Positions 19,394 through 29,249 of a stretch of DNA of 64,000 bases are shown here, piece after piece. This DNA is from Methanoregula sp. GTDB taxonomy: Archaea; Halobacteriota; Methanomicrobia; Methanomicrobiales; Methanospirillaceae. Under the pieces are notes generated by a model, which worked only from the letters and a program-made list of their open reading frames with translations, was not told the DNA's origin and made no database searches. Position numbers and translations under genes: made by a program. Position 1 is the first letter of the stretch. Each line of letters begins with the position of its first letter. The DNA lies in the NCBI GenBank assembly GCA_039698055.1, contig JBDKTL010000024.1, positions 4,264 to 68,263 of the forward strand, read 5' to 3'.

Positions 19394-20320
19394 TTATGGA
19401 TATTCTTCCCGGTAATAACGACCGAGTTCTTCTGGCAGGGTCAATATGACCGGTTCAAAGTGAAGACGTTCCATGAATGCGGTATCGCTTGTCGATAAAG
19501 GATTCGGGTTGATCCTTGAGATGATGGAACAGAATGCAGAGAATGCATGATTGTTGTTCTTATCAAAAACGATCGCCATGTTGAATGCGTGCGTACCTAA
19601 TTTTTTATAGAGATCCAGGATTTGGAGTATTCCCTTAGCGAGCATGTCACAGTACGGTTCCAGGTCGTCAAGTGAGGAGATTGGCAGGATACCCCGTACC
19701 TCACGTTCACCGACAGGAACGGCATGCGCAGACCAGAGGATCTCCTCGCCAAAGAGATACCGGTCAGACGATCGTTCCTGTTCTTTTACAGCATCCCAGT
19801 ACCCTTTACCTTCTTTTTTTCCATACTGTTCTGATGCTCTAAGATATCGTTCTGCCATCCAGGAAGGGCGCGAATCGGAAATTCCCTGCATATGGGGATG
19901 TACAAGACTTGCGCCAGCAGAGGGTAAATAATTCCAGTTGATACTGTTATATCCACCGAATCGTTTCAGAGATTCTGCCTGAGCAGTCAGGGCATCAACA
20001 ATCTGCGTTTTTGTAAATGTGTCAACAACGTGATCATTGGTGATGACCGTTACCGTATGCCATTGTGCAAAAGGAAAGAGATTGGGAAACGTTACGCTTT
20101 CTCCACGAAGGATCCGTTTTCCATCGGCGAATGTTGGAGTGACTGAAAAAATGTGCTCACGGCAGAATGGACAATCACCTGAATTGTTGGGCATCGCCGA
20201 CATCTGGTCAATGTGACGGTTGAGTCGCTCCGGGCTGATCCTGCACCGAAGACCGGTGAAACGTTCTTCGCGGTATTGTAATATTCCATTTGCCGTGGTA
20301 ATTTCAGAAGAGGTAAACAT
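19394..20320 (-). CDS. Galactose-1-phosphate uridylyltransferase-like (GalT/HIT superfamily) protein
   Basis: CPFC zinc motif (GDCPFCREHIF) plus a HxHxQ-type active site (SLVHPHMQG); 308 aa. Confidence 0.6.
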   Translation of the reverse strand: MFTSSEITTANGILQYREERFTGLRCRISPERLNRHIDQMSAMPNNSGDCPFCREHIFSVTPTFADGKRILRGESVTFPNLFPFAQWHTVTVITNDHVVDTFTKTQIVDALTAQAESLKRFGGYNSINWNYLPSAGASLVHPHMQGISDSRPSWMAERYLRASEQYGKKEGKGYWDAVKEQERSSDRYLFGEEILWSAHAVPVGEREVRGILPISSLDDLEPYCDMLAKGILQILDLYKKLGTHAFNMAIVFDKNNNHAFSAFCSIISRINPNPLSTSDTAFMERLHFEPVILTLPEELGRYYREEYP

Positions 20321-20486
20321 TCCCTATCAGATATATAGTATCAAACGCGATGGCATAGTCGTTTGCATACAATGTGTAACTCTTTATTAATGAAAGAAAA
20401 CCCGAAAAAATAAAAATTAGATTTTTTTATGCCCCTCATCAGTGCCTTATTCAGCAGTATCGTATCAGCGATCACGACGATGCTGG

Positions 20487-21473
20487 TTATACAACGTACT
20501 TGCCAAGCAGGCGGATGGATGTGGTCATGTCGGGACCGAGTGGTGAACCGAAGATAATCTGTGTGACACCGGCCTTTGTCAGGTCTTCACACTTCTGCTT
20601 GACCATTTCCGGGGTGCCGGCAATGGTGAATGCATCAATCTCTTTGTCTCCAACAAGCTCTCCAACAGTCTTGAAGTCGAACTTGCCGAGTGCTGCCTTA
20701 ATCTTGGCGACATTGCCGAGGTCAAGTCCATGACGGGTAAGCAGTGCCTCCGGAGAGCCAGCTGCAATGAATGCTGCAACAATCTTTGCTGCATTGCGTG
20801 CCTTCTTCTCACTCCGGTCAATCGACATTGCAGTGTATGCACCGACATCAAATGTCTTCTTGCCTGCTGCATCGGATGCCTTCTTGATGATCGGGATAGC
20901 AATCTGGAAGTCTTTGGGGTTGGATGCGTTGATCAATGCACCGTCACCGATCTTTCCGGCAAGCTCAAGAACCTTGGGGCCCTGTGCACCGATGTAAACC
21001 GGGATACCCTTCTTTCCGGGGAGGGTGACACCGGTCAGCTTTGCTCCGTCATAGTCGAAGAACTGCATGCCGGATTTCTTGATTTCCTCACCGGCACAGA
21101 GCTTGCGGATCTGAACAACGGCCTCCTCAAGACGGGCAACCGGTTTTTCGGGGTTGATTGCCAGTTTCGGGAGCGTTGACAGGTCACCGGGTCCAATACC
21201 GAGAACTGCACGGCCGTCGGAAATTTCGTTAAGCGTACAGATGAAGGACGCCATCGCAGCTGGTGTGTCGGTAAATGCGTTCATGATACCCGGTCCCATC
21301 TTCAGGGTTGTTGTTGCCTGAGCAATGGCGGCGAGTGTCGGGTAGCAGTGGCGGTTGTTATAGTGGTTCGTGATCCACGCGAAGTCAATATCCTTTGACT
21401 CAGCAAGTTTACAGAAGTTGACAACTTGCTTTACATTGACATTTCCTGGTACAAATTCAATTCCATATGTCAA
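20487..21473 (-). CDS. mer: F420-dependent 5,10-methylenetetrahydromethanopterin reductase
   Basis: The MTYGIEFVPG start, luciferase-like fold motifs and 328 aa are typical of Mer. Confidence 0.95.
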   Translation of the reverse strand: MTYGIEFVPGNVNVKQVVNFCKLAESKDIDFAWITNHYNNRHCYPTLAAIAQATTTLKMGPGIMNAFTDTPAAMASFICTLNEISDGRAVLGIGPGDLSTLPKLAINPEKPVARLEEAVVQIRKLCAGEEIKKSGMQFFDYDGAKLTGVTLPGKKGIPVYIGAQGPKVLELAGKIGDGALINASNPKDFQIAIPIIKKASDAAGKKTFDVGAYTAMSIDRSEKKARNAAKIVAAFIAAGSPEALLTRHGLDLGNVAKIKAALGKFDFKTVGELVGDKEIDAFTIAGTPEMVKQKCEDLTKAGVTQIIFGSPLGPDMTTSIRLLGKYVV

Positions 21474-22080
21474 GGTTTGTTCACCTCAATTGAGTATTCC
21501 GTCCACGCATTTAAATAAATTATGATTTAACGTTGGGCTCGGCGGGCATCCTACAGGATTTAAAGCCCGTTAATCGATTATTTGGTTTTTAGAACCGATC
21601 CCGGCCTATGAATCTGGGATGAACGCAGTTAGATCTCCGCTATCTCACCCAAGTTGGGGCAGTTTTTTCTTTTATCCCGCCATGAGATTTTTTCCGTATG
21701 ACCTCAGCCATACCGATTCTTTCCAGAGTACACATCAGGAAAACGGGATTTGGCAGGCACCATCATTCGTGTTAAAAAATATATCACTACATCATCATTC
21801 TGCAAAATGAAGGTGGGGGAATTTCTATTCGGGCACAATGCCAAAAATAAAAAAAGTCAAAGAAAAGCATTTCACAACGAAGGCTCGATCGTATAAGGAG
21901 GCACTGATGTATGATGGCTTTCATCAATCACGTTCGTTTCCAATGGACAGTTCCACTCAATGGATCCACGAGTTTGTTTTGGGTGGGGTAGCATCCTATA
22001 ATATAATGTGTTTACACAAGCAATAGTATATATAAAAGATTTATGGACTCCCATCGTATTTTACAACCACAGGACTGGAT

Positions 22081-24393
22081 ATGCGGATACTGGCAATAGG
22101 ACTTGGCGGAGCAGGCTGCCGTATCGTCAGCCACCTTTATTCCACGGATCGGCACAGCAGCAAGGTTGCCTGTGTCAAGGCACTCGCCGTGGACGTGGAT
22201 AGTGATACTCTGGCCCAGCTTGCAGATCTTCCGGAAAACGCGAAGATCTTTTTTCCTGCCCTTGAACCGGAAGTATCGGGTATTTCCACCGGGCTACCCC
22301 ATACGGCGACTATCGATATAAACGAGATCATTGCGCGTATCCAGAACATCGAAAGCGGGGAAACAGACGCGATCTTCATCTGCTGCGGGCTTGGTGGGAG
22401 CATGGTGGATGTGGCGCCACAGGTTATCACCGCACTCAGGGCATCGGTTGTCGAACCAATATTCGGATTAATTACCCTGCCATGCCTTTCTGAAGGGGAG
22501 AAACGTTCTGCCAAGGCTGCTGATGATATCGACATGCTTTCACCGCTCCTTGACGGTATGATCCTTTTTGATAACGAGACATGGTCTAAAAAAATGAAAG
22601 GTCTGGCCATTCCCCTGATAAAAAAAGACACAGGGTTTGCAGGATTGTTTGGGGCAAAAAAGTCCCGGAAGACAGTATCACCCATTCATCCCACGTTTGC
22701 GGCTTTGAATCTGGCAATCGTCAAACGGATCAGTCTTATTCTGAGGGCAGGTGAGTTCAAAGCAGACGGGGGAATTGAACTCGCGGAAGTCGTGATGGAT
22801 TCCGGCGAAGTGCTCAATACGATGCAGGGCATGGGTTTTATCACCATCGGGTATGCAGTCGAGCATCTGCCGCACCATCCGCTGGGGTTTCTCTCGCACC
22901 TGGGTCCGATCGGCTTTTTTGCTGATGAACATAAAAAGAGGGATTCGCGTATCGTTGAGCTTGCAAAGCAGGCAATATATAACGAGATTTCAACACCCTG
23001 CGATATGACGAGTGCAGCAAAAGCACTCATCCTGATTGCCGGGCCATCGCGTGAACTCTCGATGAAAGGGTTTATGACGGTCCGTAAATGGATTGATCGC
23101 AGCATCGCAGGACTGGAAACACGATCCGGGGATTACCCGGTCACGAATACAAAGTATGTAGCGATTATTGTCATGCTTGCCGGTCTTGAAAATATCCCCC
23201 GTCTTGCAGAACTAAAAGAAATACGGGAGCAGTATATCTCCGGCCGAAAACGGCAGGTATTGAGGGAGGCGGGAATCGATCCCGGTGCGGGTCGGTACGC
23301 CGATGGACAGGATCGTTTGCCCCCGTATTCCGGGTCCGGTCAATCCGGTAAACGTGATGAGATGATCGTGCTCCCCGGTAAAAAACAGGGAGATGAACGA
23401 CGGGTTACCGGTCGGTCACCGGAAGCATTATCGCCATCAGATCAAAGGACTGTAAGGCAGGTTCAACCCGTGGTGCCGGATGAGCAGGACAGACTTCCTG
23501 AGGATCAGTCTCCAACCGCAACATCACCAAAATATGATATTTCTGGTAAAGAGAAATCCACGCAAAAAACAACAGTATCACCACCGGAAGATCGGAGTGT
23601 TACCTCATCCGGACAGGAATCACGCACCATCCAGCAACCTTTTGACCAGACGAAAATGCCCTCCCGACATATCATTATCCGCCGGGAACATGATCTGGCT
23701 GAACGCGAACCGGATTCCCCTTCGGGAAGTATAAAAGATACTCCCGGAGTAAAAGATGAAAGTGGAGTCCACAGAGTGTCACCGAAACAGAAACCTGAAC
23801 TGACAAATGTGTATTCACCACAGGGAAAGGAGGACATCCTCAAGACAAAAGATCTCAACCGGCAGCGAATAGAAAACGAACTACAGAGACAGCGGATGAT
23901 GGCAATTCTGGGAAAACCTCACAAGGCACAGACCGTTCCCCCGACCCAACCTCAGCCGACTCCATTATCAGTCCAGACAAAAACAATTATCCACCGTGTT
24001 TCCCGTTCGGTGGGAAATCAGGAGCCCACGGGACAAAAAGAGATTGATCACCCGGCCGAAACGCAATCACGAGTGCTGATCAAACCAAAGAAGCATCTTG
24101 AGGGGCCTGAAGAGATACCTGATAATAAACAGGATGAAAAACAACCTGCCGAACCAGAGATCCATCGGAAGACGGTTATGCCACAATCAGATAGAGGAGA
24201 TACAATTCAGGAAGAATCCCAAATCGAAATGAAACGAATGATACAGCGTTCAAAAGATGATATTTTCGATGGAAAAGAGATCGCATCGAAAGACTCATCA
24301 AAGGTAAATGACGATGCACTTCTCCATACCCGGTTAAAATTAAAAAAAAAACAGGTCGATTCTGAAAAATCTCTTGATCATAATGAGCCTTAA
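22081..24393 (+). CDS. Divergent FtsZ/tubulin-superfamily protein with a long low-complexity C-terminal tail
   Basis: MRILAIGLGGAGCRIV resembles the T1 loop. FICCGLGGSMVD is a degenerate tubulin signature. LPCLSEGEKR resembles the PFxFEG T5 loop, and ILFDNE the T6 loop. Residues ~400-770 are P/Q/E/K/S-rich. Confidence 0.6.
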   Translation: MRILAIGLGGAGCRIVSHLYSTDRHSSKVACVKALAVDVDSDTLAQLADLPENAKIFFPALEPEVSGISTGLPHTATIDINEIIARIQNIESGETDAIFICCGLGGSMVDVAPQVITALRASVVEPIFGLITLPCLSEGEKRSAKAADDIDMLSPLLDGMILFDNETWSKKMKGLAIPLIKKDTGFAGLFGAKKSRKTVSPIHPTFAALNLAIVKRISLILRAGEFKADGGIELAEVVMDSGEVLNTMQGMGFITIGYAVEHLPHHPLGFLSHLGPIGFFADEHKKRDSRIVELAKQAIYNEISTPCDMTSAAKALILIAGPSRELSMKGFMTVRKWIDRSIAGLETRSGDYPVTNTKYVAIIVMLAGLENIPRLAELKEIREQYISGRKRQVLREAGIDPGAGRYADGQDRLPPYSGSGQSGKRDEMIVLPGKKQGDERRVTGRSPEALSPSDQRTVRQVQPVVPDEQDRLPEDQSPTATSPKYDISGKEKSTQKTTVSPPEDRSVTSSGQESRTIQQPFDQTKMPSRHIIIRREHDLAEREPDSPSGSIKDTPGVKDESGVHRVSPKQKPELTNVYSPQGKEDILKTKDLNRQRIENELQRQRMMAILGKPHKAQTVPPTQPQPTPLSVQTKTIIHRVSRSVGNQEPTGQKEIDHPAETQSRVLIKPKKHLEGPEEIPDNKQDEKQPAEPEIHRKTVMPQSDRGDTIQEESQIEMKRMIQRSKDDIFDGKEIASKDSSKVNDDALLHTRLKLKKKQVDSEKSLDHNEP

Positions 24394-24479
24394 ATAGCCA
24401 AAACAGGAGATAGAGTGGCCCACGGGAGCAGAAAACGGGAGAACTCTATCGGGGATGATGAAGAGTCCGGGATCTAATT

Positions 24480-25430
24480 TTAATTAATATCCATCACTTT
24501 TGAAAATGGGATATTTCCAGCCCCGATTTCTGTCCTGATCTCAATGCCCTGTTCTACGCAGTTGCCAATATAATTCATACCGCTGAAGGCGACAATTGAG
24601 ATACGGTAGGGATTCTCCGGCAGGTTAAAGATATTCGTTCCCATTGCAACCGGAAAGATGAATCCACAGTCATTCATATGCCGGATCGTTTCTTCCACTG
24701 CCTTTTTTGCTGAACCGGGTACTTCACGAACATTTGCAAGGGCAATTCCGGTTTTTGTCGTTGTGAATGCATGAATAGACGTCAGACCAGAGGAGATGAA
24801 GAGTTCAAGAGGATCGATCGTTGTGCCCCGGTATCCTATTAAGTCCCTGAACCGTAAGGGCACATTCTCCTCCACTTCGAGTCGTCCGCCATATGCCATT
24901 TTTACCGGGATGCCGTTGCGCTGGAATACCCCGTCCATCGATATACTGCAGAGGGTGATAACCCCGACCGAGTCAGAGGGAATACGGGGATCGTGATCGA
25001 CAATCCGGTATGAACCAAAAAAGCCACAGCCTGTATGTGCAACTGCATCAAATGCCGAAATTGCCTTTTCAAAAGAGTCTTTGGGGATGATGGACAGGTT
25101 ATATGCGACATCCCCGGTCCCTGTTTCGGGGTTGAAGGTACTTCGGTATGCAAGTCGTTCCAGTTTCGAGATAATAAAACCGATCCGATCATCGACAAGC
25201 GCGTTATCCGTCTCTTCAAGTCCAAGTGGTGTCAGCATCCGTCCCTGGTTGCCGATCTTTTCTGTAAACCCCATCGTATCAAGATAACTAAGGTAATACT
25301 GGACCGCCCGATCGCTGAGCACAAAACCTCGTTCCGCCATGAGTTCCGAGAGCCGTTTTGCTCCTACCGGCTCAGGGTGTTCTTTTAGTATCCGCAGGAT
25401 TTCGATGTATTTTCTCTCGGTTCGTATCAT
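24480..25430 (-). CDS. nrpR: Nitrogen regulatory repressor NrpR (wHTH plus one NrpR/DUF128 domain, NrpRI-like)
   Basis: N-terminal wHTH (YIEILRILKEHPEPVGAKRLSELMAERG) followed by a DUF128-like domain; 316 aa. Confidence 0.75.
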   Translation of the reverse strand: MIRTERKYIEILRILKEHPEPVGAKRLSELMAERGFVLSDRAVQYYLSYLDTMGFTEKIGNQGRMLTPLGLEETDNALVDDRIGFIISKLERLAYRSTFNPETGTGDVAYNLSIIPKDSFEKAISAFDAVAHTGCGFFGSYRIVDHDPRIPSDSVGVITLCSISMDGVFQRNGIPVKMAYGGRLEVEENVPLRFRDLIGYRGTTIDPLELFISSGLTSIHAFTTTKTGIALANVREVPGSAKKAVEETIRHMNDCGFIFPVAMGTNIFNLPENPYRISIVAFSGMNYIGNCVEQGIEIRTEIGAGNIPFSKVMDIN

Positions 25431-25870
25431 CCTTTTTTCGCCTCCACCACTCCTCTGCTGTCCTGATAACTCCCATTATATCGTCTTTTCCCGCCCCTGA
25501 CTTCGTGCAGGATCATCTGCACAATCCGGTCGTTTTTTTGCAGGTGGATATCATCATGCCCAAGGTTTGTCATGCACAGTGTCAGCTGCCCACGAAAACC
25601 CGGATCGATAAATCCCGCACCCATAACAACGCCTCGCCGGCCATATGACGACCGGCAGCGGAGGGTTCCGGCAACATCGGGGGGGAGTTCAACCCATTCA
25701 AGACTCGGAACAAGCGTACAGGTTCCCCGTGGGAGGAGAAGCGCGTCGGCAGCGCGGAGATCATAGGATGCAGGCTGCTGGCACTCAGTCCCATAGGGGG
25801 TGATAACCAGTTTTTCCTGCGGATTTCCTGTAGTGAAGCGGCGGGTCATCTCTTCTGCTGACAGAATCAT
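25427..25870 (-). CDS. dCTP deaminase/dUTPase family protein (likely archaeal dUTP diphosphatase)
   Basis: PASYDLRA and GFIDPGFRGQLTLCMTNLG motifs; 147 aa. 4-nt overlap with the nrpR start. Confidence 0.75.
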   Translation of the reverse strand: MILSAEEMTRRFTTGNPQEKLVITPYGTECQQPASYDLRAADALLLPRGTCTLVPSLEWVELPPDVAGTLRCRSSYGRRGVVMGAGFIDPGFRGQLTLCMTNLGHDDIHLQKNDRIVQMILHEVRGGKRRYNGSYQDSRGVVEAKKG

Positions 25871-25923
25871 TCATTAGTTTATCGGTAGAAAATACTTAAT
25901 ATCTTTTGATGAAAAGATGAAAA

Positions 25924-25995
25924 GGATCCATGGGGTAGAGGACATCCTCTTGGGCTTCGAACCCAAGGACGCGGGTTCGATTCCCGCTGGGTCCG
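25924..25995 (+). tRNA. tRNA-Arg (anticodon UCG), no encoded CCA
   Basis: Acceptor GGAUCCA/UGGGUCC and T-arm GCGGG-UUCGAUU-CCCGC. Anticodon loop CUUCGAA is closed by a 6-bp stem, so the D/anticodon junction is slightly atypical. Followed by T5. Confidence 0.7.
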
Positions 25996-26017
25996 TTTTT
26001 AGCGTTCTTTAAAAAAG

Positions 26018-29000
26018 TTATTCAAGTTTGATGTAAGCCTTTCCTGCGGTCCCAACCTGTGTTGCTGCGCTCGTAATCTTTTCATCGCCAACCGCATCGA
26101 TGGACTGGGCAAGTACGCGGATGTAATATTCACCCGGGGGTAAATTCCGGACATCTAAATTTGCAAAGTTTGTTTGTTCTCCCGGAAGGTCAGTTAACGT
26201 ATTAAACTGGACCCATGATTGCCGGTTATCGTTTGAGTAATAGATACGCTCGGTGGCAGTGAAGGCACCAGGGTAAGTGGTATTCCATTGGATTGGCATG
26301 AAGTCCTTGATCACTCCCGTCTGAATTACCTGAAGATTTGAAATCTGGATTGCCTGCATCGTCATTCCGGTATTGTTAAGGTTTCCAACGGAAGTGACGA
26401 TCGTTTTAGGAGGTTTGAGCGATGATTTGCCATCATTGAACGTGATCATTGAGCTGTTGCCAAATACATCGATATTACCGGCTATCTTTACTTTAAGCCG
26501 GAAGGTTGCTGCCCAGGTTTGATCAAGTTTAATGGTGCCAATGTTAAAATGCAAATTTTGATCGTCGTTCCAGTCAGAAGTTTGATCGGTAACATTTGTC
26601 ACCCCATCCTGCCAGGTGATTTTTGTGGAGACTACAGGATTATAAATATAATCATACGCATCTGCTCCGGGAACCGATACACCGGTAATATTAACGTTAT
26701 GGAATATCAGATCCATCGAAGTATTTACGCCTGCATCTTTCTGGATTTTACTTTGGATTAACAAAAATTTTTGTGTTAAGCCATTCACATCCGTGCGGAA
26801 ATAGTAATCTGCCGATCCCGGCTGTTCGGGTGAACCCGCCATCCTTGTGAGCGCAACTTCATCAATCTGGTTATTCAAGGGTAAACCAACGGCATACACG
26901 GTAATTCCCTGTGCTCGCGCCCGGTTTGCTGCGTCAACCGCCGCATTTATTGCCGTGTCACTCTCATCTTCCCAGCCAAGGTTTGACCGGGGATACCAGT
27001 CGGAAGGCCAGTAGGATTCAAGGGATCCGGGTGAAATCGGGGCTACCATGGGGATGCCGTCACCCATTATGATGATCGACTGGCTATGACTTGGATTTGG
27101 ATTCGCATTAAATACCTGAAGTGCTGCGTTGATACCTGCTGCATAATTCGTACCTCCAACCCCGTTATATTTTGAAATTGCGGTCTGGAGGGGGTGTGTA
27201 CTCATTTCCTGCTGGTGAGAGGTTAAATTCTGATCTATTGTCGCATCTGAGTTTGAATTATAATAGGTATATCCGGTAGAAATGTTCCATGGGTAATGTG
27301 CAGATCCATTAATAATGATGGCTGACGGAGATTGCGCGTGTGCGATATCCCATTTCAAGGGGTCAACCAGACACCAGTCCCAGTAGTCGCCATAAGGATT
27401 AAACAATTTCAATGACGGGGGAGCGCCCCCTCCCTGGGCAGTGTAAAGTGTTTTTGCATTATTACTGTAGGCTACGGGACTGTTCCCGAAAGATACCAGG
27501 CCAATATACGTAATATTATTCGCGTTTTGGACAAATGCCGTATCTGCGGCTTTTGTAGCGGTCAATAATGCCCCACCACCAACACCCCCGGCAAGGTCAG
27601 TGACTATCACGACATCTGCGGGTTGCCCCTGTAACGCCCACCCGTCACCTTTCATGGAAATAGTAACATCAATGGTATCATTCACCGCGATAGTAGTGGG
27701 ATTTACGCTCGTCTGGACTTTTAAATACGGATAGTTTTTCCAGGACACCTGAATAGATTCTGAAACACCATTCCATGTTGCAGTAACATAACACTTCCCG
27801 GTAACGGTAGGATTGTAGTGCAGATTTGACTGATTTGTGGTAAAACCACCGGGAATGAAATTGACGGTGGCAAAACCATCTGCATCGGTAAGGGCCGAGG
27901 TATTCTCAAGGGCAGGCCCCGAGGTTATTATAGCATACGGATCGTCGTAAATTGCAGTACCGATGCTGAATAAAACCGATTGGTTACTGACGGGGTTGCC
28001 TTTCACATCCATTACTTTTGCCCTTACTTTAGCCCTGCTGGTACCGTTTACATCAAGGCTCGGCATGGTCTCAGGGTTTACCGAGAGCACTGAACTTACG
28101 GGGGCCGTACTATAAAATTCGACATCTTTTGTGCAGGTGACAGAAGAGTTTGTAACCGATGATGCGGTTAGCGTAATAACCCCGGCAGTGCCGCGTGGAC
28201 CGTAATTAAACCATACCTGGCCAAAAACATTGGAAGTCAAATACTGATCTTCACCAACAACACTGGTACGAACCCATACGGTCTGGTTGGATGCAACATT
28301 GCCATATTTATCATGGAGGGTATAGATAAACGTGAATTTGTGATTACTTGCCATATCTGCGGGGAGAGATGCAGGACTGTCGGGTTGGATTACCTGGGTG
28401 ATGGAAAAGGGGACTGCATCGGTCACACCGACAATTGATTTATACTTGTCTGTTATTGCACCGAATGCTTTCATCCAGATAATATTTTCACCGGATACTG
28501 TATCGGTTTTCACAAGAACAGATACATTTCCCTGTGGGTCCAGTATAGGTGTGACATCTTTGACACCCCCGGTAAATACCGCGTTACCATTAACCGAACC
28601 GATATGAAGCGCAATTACATGAATTTCATTTGGATTTTTATTATCAATGGGATTGCCCCAGGCGTCGCTAAAAGATATGGCAAACGGCGTCCAGGTATCT
28701 ACGGTCACTTCATTACGATAAGTGAAAACAGCAGTATAGGGGGTGTCGTGATCGATTTTTTGGAGATATACTTTTTGAACCGAATTCACGACGCTTCCAT
28801 CAAGATAGGTGAACGTTGCGGTAATATTTGCCGTGCCGCTTTTTTTCTTCGCTGTAAACGTCGTTGTTGCAAGGCCGGATCCATCTGTAAGGATAACTGA
28901 CGGGGTTATGGTCCCAAAAGTGCTATTATCAACGGAAAAACTGACCATGACCCCGGACATTGTAGTTGATGTATTCTGGACAATGACGGTTATGGTAGAA

Positions 29001-29125
29001 TGATCAACACCATTTGCAACAATCCAGTCTGAACTGCTGCTGATAATTGAATTGTCCGCTGCTGCCACCACCCCAGCCAGCAGGAAAAAACCGATACTTA
29101 TGATAACTAATTGATGAATCTGCAT
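26018..29125 (-). CDS. Large secreted surface protein: N-terminal Ig-like (Big/invasin-type) repeats, central vWA-like domain, C-terminal beta-rich region
   Basis: Signal peptide MQIHQLVIISIGFFLLAGVVAAA. Repeated IVANGVDHSTITV / AKVRAKVMDVKGNPV-type Ig-like units. The vWA-like block is DVVIVTDLAGG...SIIIMGDGIP...ITVYAVGL. No C-terminal anchor. Confidence 0.55.
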   Translation of the reverse strand: MQIHQLVIISIGFFLLAGVVAAADNSIISSSSDWIVANGVDHSTITVIVQNTSTTMSGVMVSFSVDNSTFGTITPSVILTDGSGLATTTFTAKKKSGTANITATFTYLDGSVVNSVQKVYLQKIDHDTPYTAVFTYRNEVTVDTWTPFAISFSDAWGNPIDNKNPNEIHVIALHIGSVNGNAVFTGGVKDVTPILDPQGNVSVLVKTDTVSGENIIWMKAFGAITDKYKSIVGVTDAVPFSITQVIQPDSPASLPADMASNHKFTFIYTLHDKYGNVASNQTVWVRTSVVGEDQYLTSNVFGQVWFNYGPRGTAGVITLTASSVTNSSVTCTKDVEFYSTAPVSSVLSVNPETMPSLDVNGTSRAKVRAKVMDVKGNPVSNQSVLFSIGTAIYDDPYAIITSGPALENTSALTDADGFATVNFIPGGFTTNQSNLHYNPTVTGKCYVTATWNGVSESIQVSWKNYPYLKVQTSVNPTTIAVNDTIDVTISMKGDGWALQGQPADVVIVTDLAGGVGGGALLTATKAADTAFVQNANNITYIGLVSFGNSPVAYSNNAKTLYTAQGGGAPPSLKLFNPYGDYWDWCLVDPLKWDIAHAQSPSAIIINGSAHYPWNISTGYTYYNSNSDATIDQNLTSHQQEMSTHPLQTAISKYNGVGGTNYAAGINAALQVFNANPNPSHSQSIIIMGDGIPMVAPISPGSLESYWPSDWYPRSNLGWEDESDTAINAAVDAANRARAQGITVYAVGLPLNNQIDEVALTRMAGSPEQPGSADYYFRTDVNGLTQKFLLIQSKIQKDAGVNTSMDLIFHNVNITGVSVPGADAYDYIYNPVVSTKITWQDGVTNVTDQTSDWNDDQNLHFNIGTIKLDQTWAATFRLKVKIAGNIDVFGNSSMITFNDGKSSLKPPKTIVTSVGNLNNTGMTMQAIQISNLQVIQTGVIKDFMPIQWNTTYPGAFTATERIYYSNDNRQSWVQFNTLTDLPGEQTNFANLDVRNLPPGEYYIRVLAQSIDAVGDEKITSAATQVGTAGKAYIKLE

Positions 29126-29249
29126 ACCCCAACACCATTATGATTGATTGCACAATCAAATATATATTGTTTTGTATTTTTTAAAAGCACTGTATTACGG
29201 CCATTTTTTAAAAATATCAGGTTTTTTAAGACAAAAATAGGAGGATGAC

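Noticed and set aside
21474-22080. Small ORFs (62-64 aa) and a possible ncRNA in the 600-nt mer / ftsZ-like spacer.
   Set aside because: The ORFs have poor composition and no SD or start context. I found no conserved RNA motifs or strong helices, so this is most simply two divergent promoter/leader regions.
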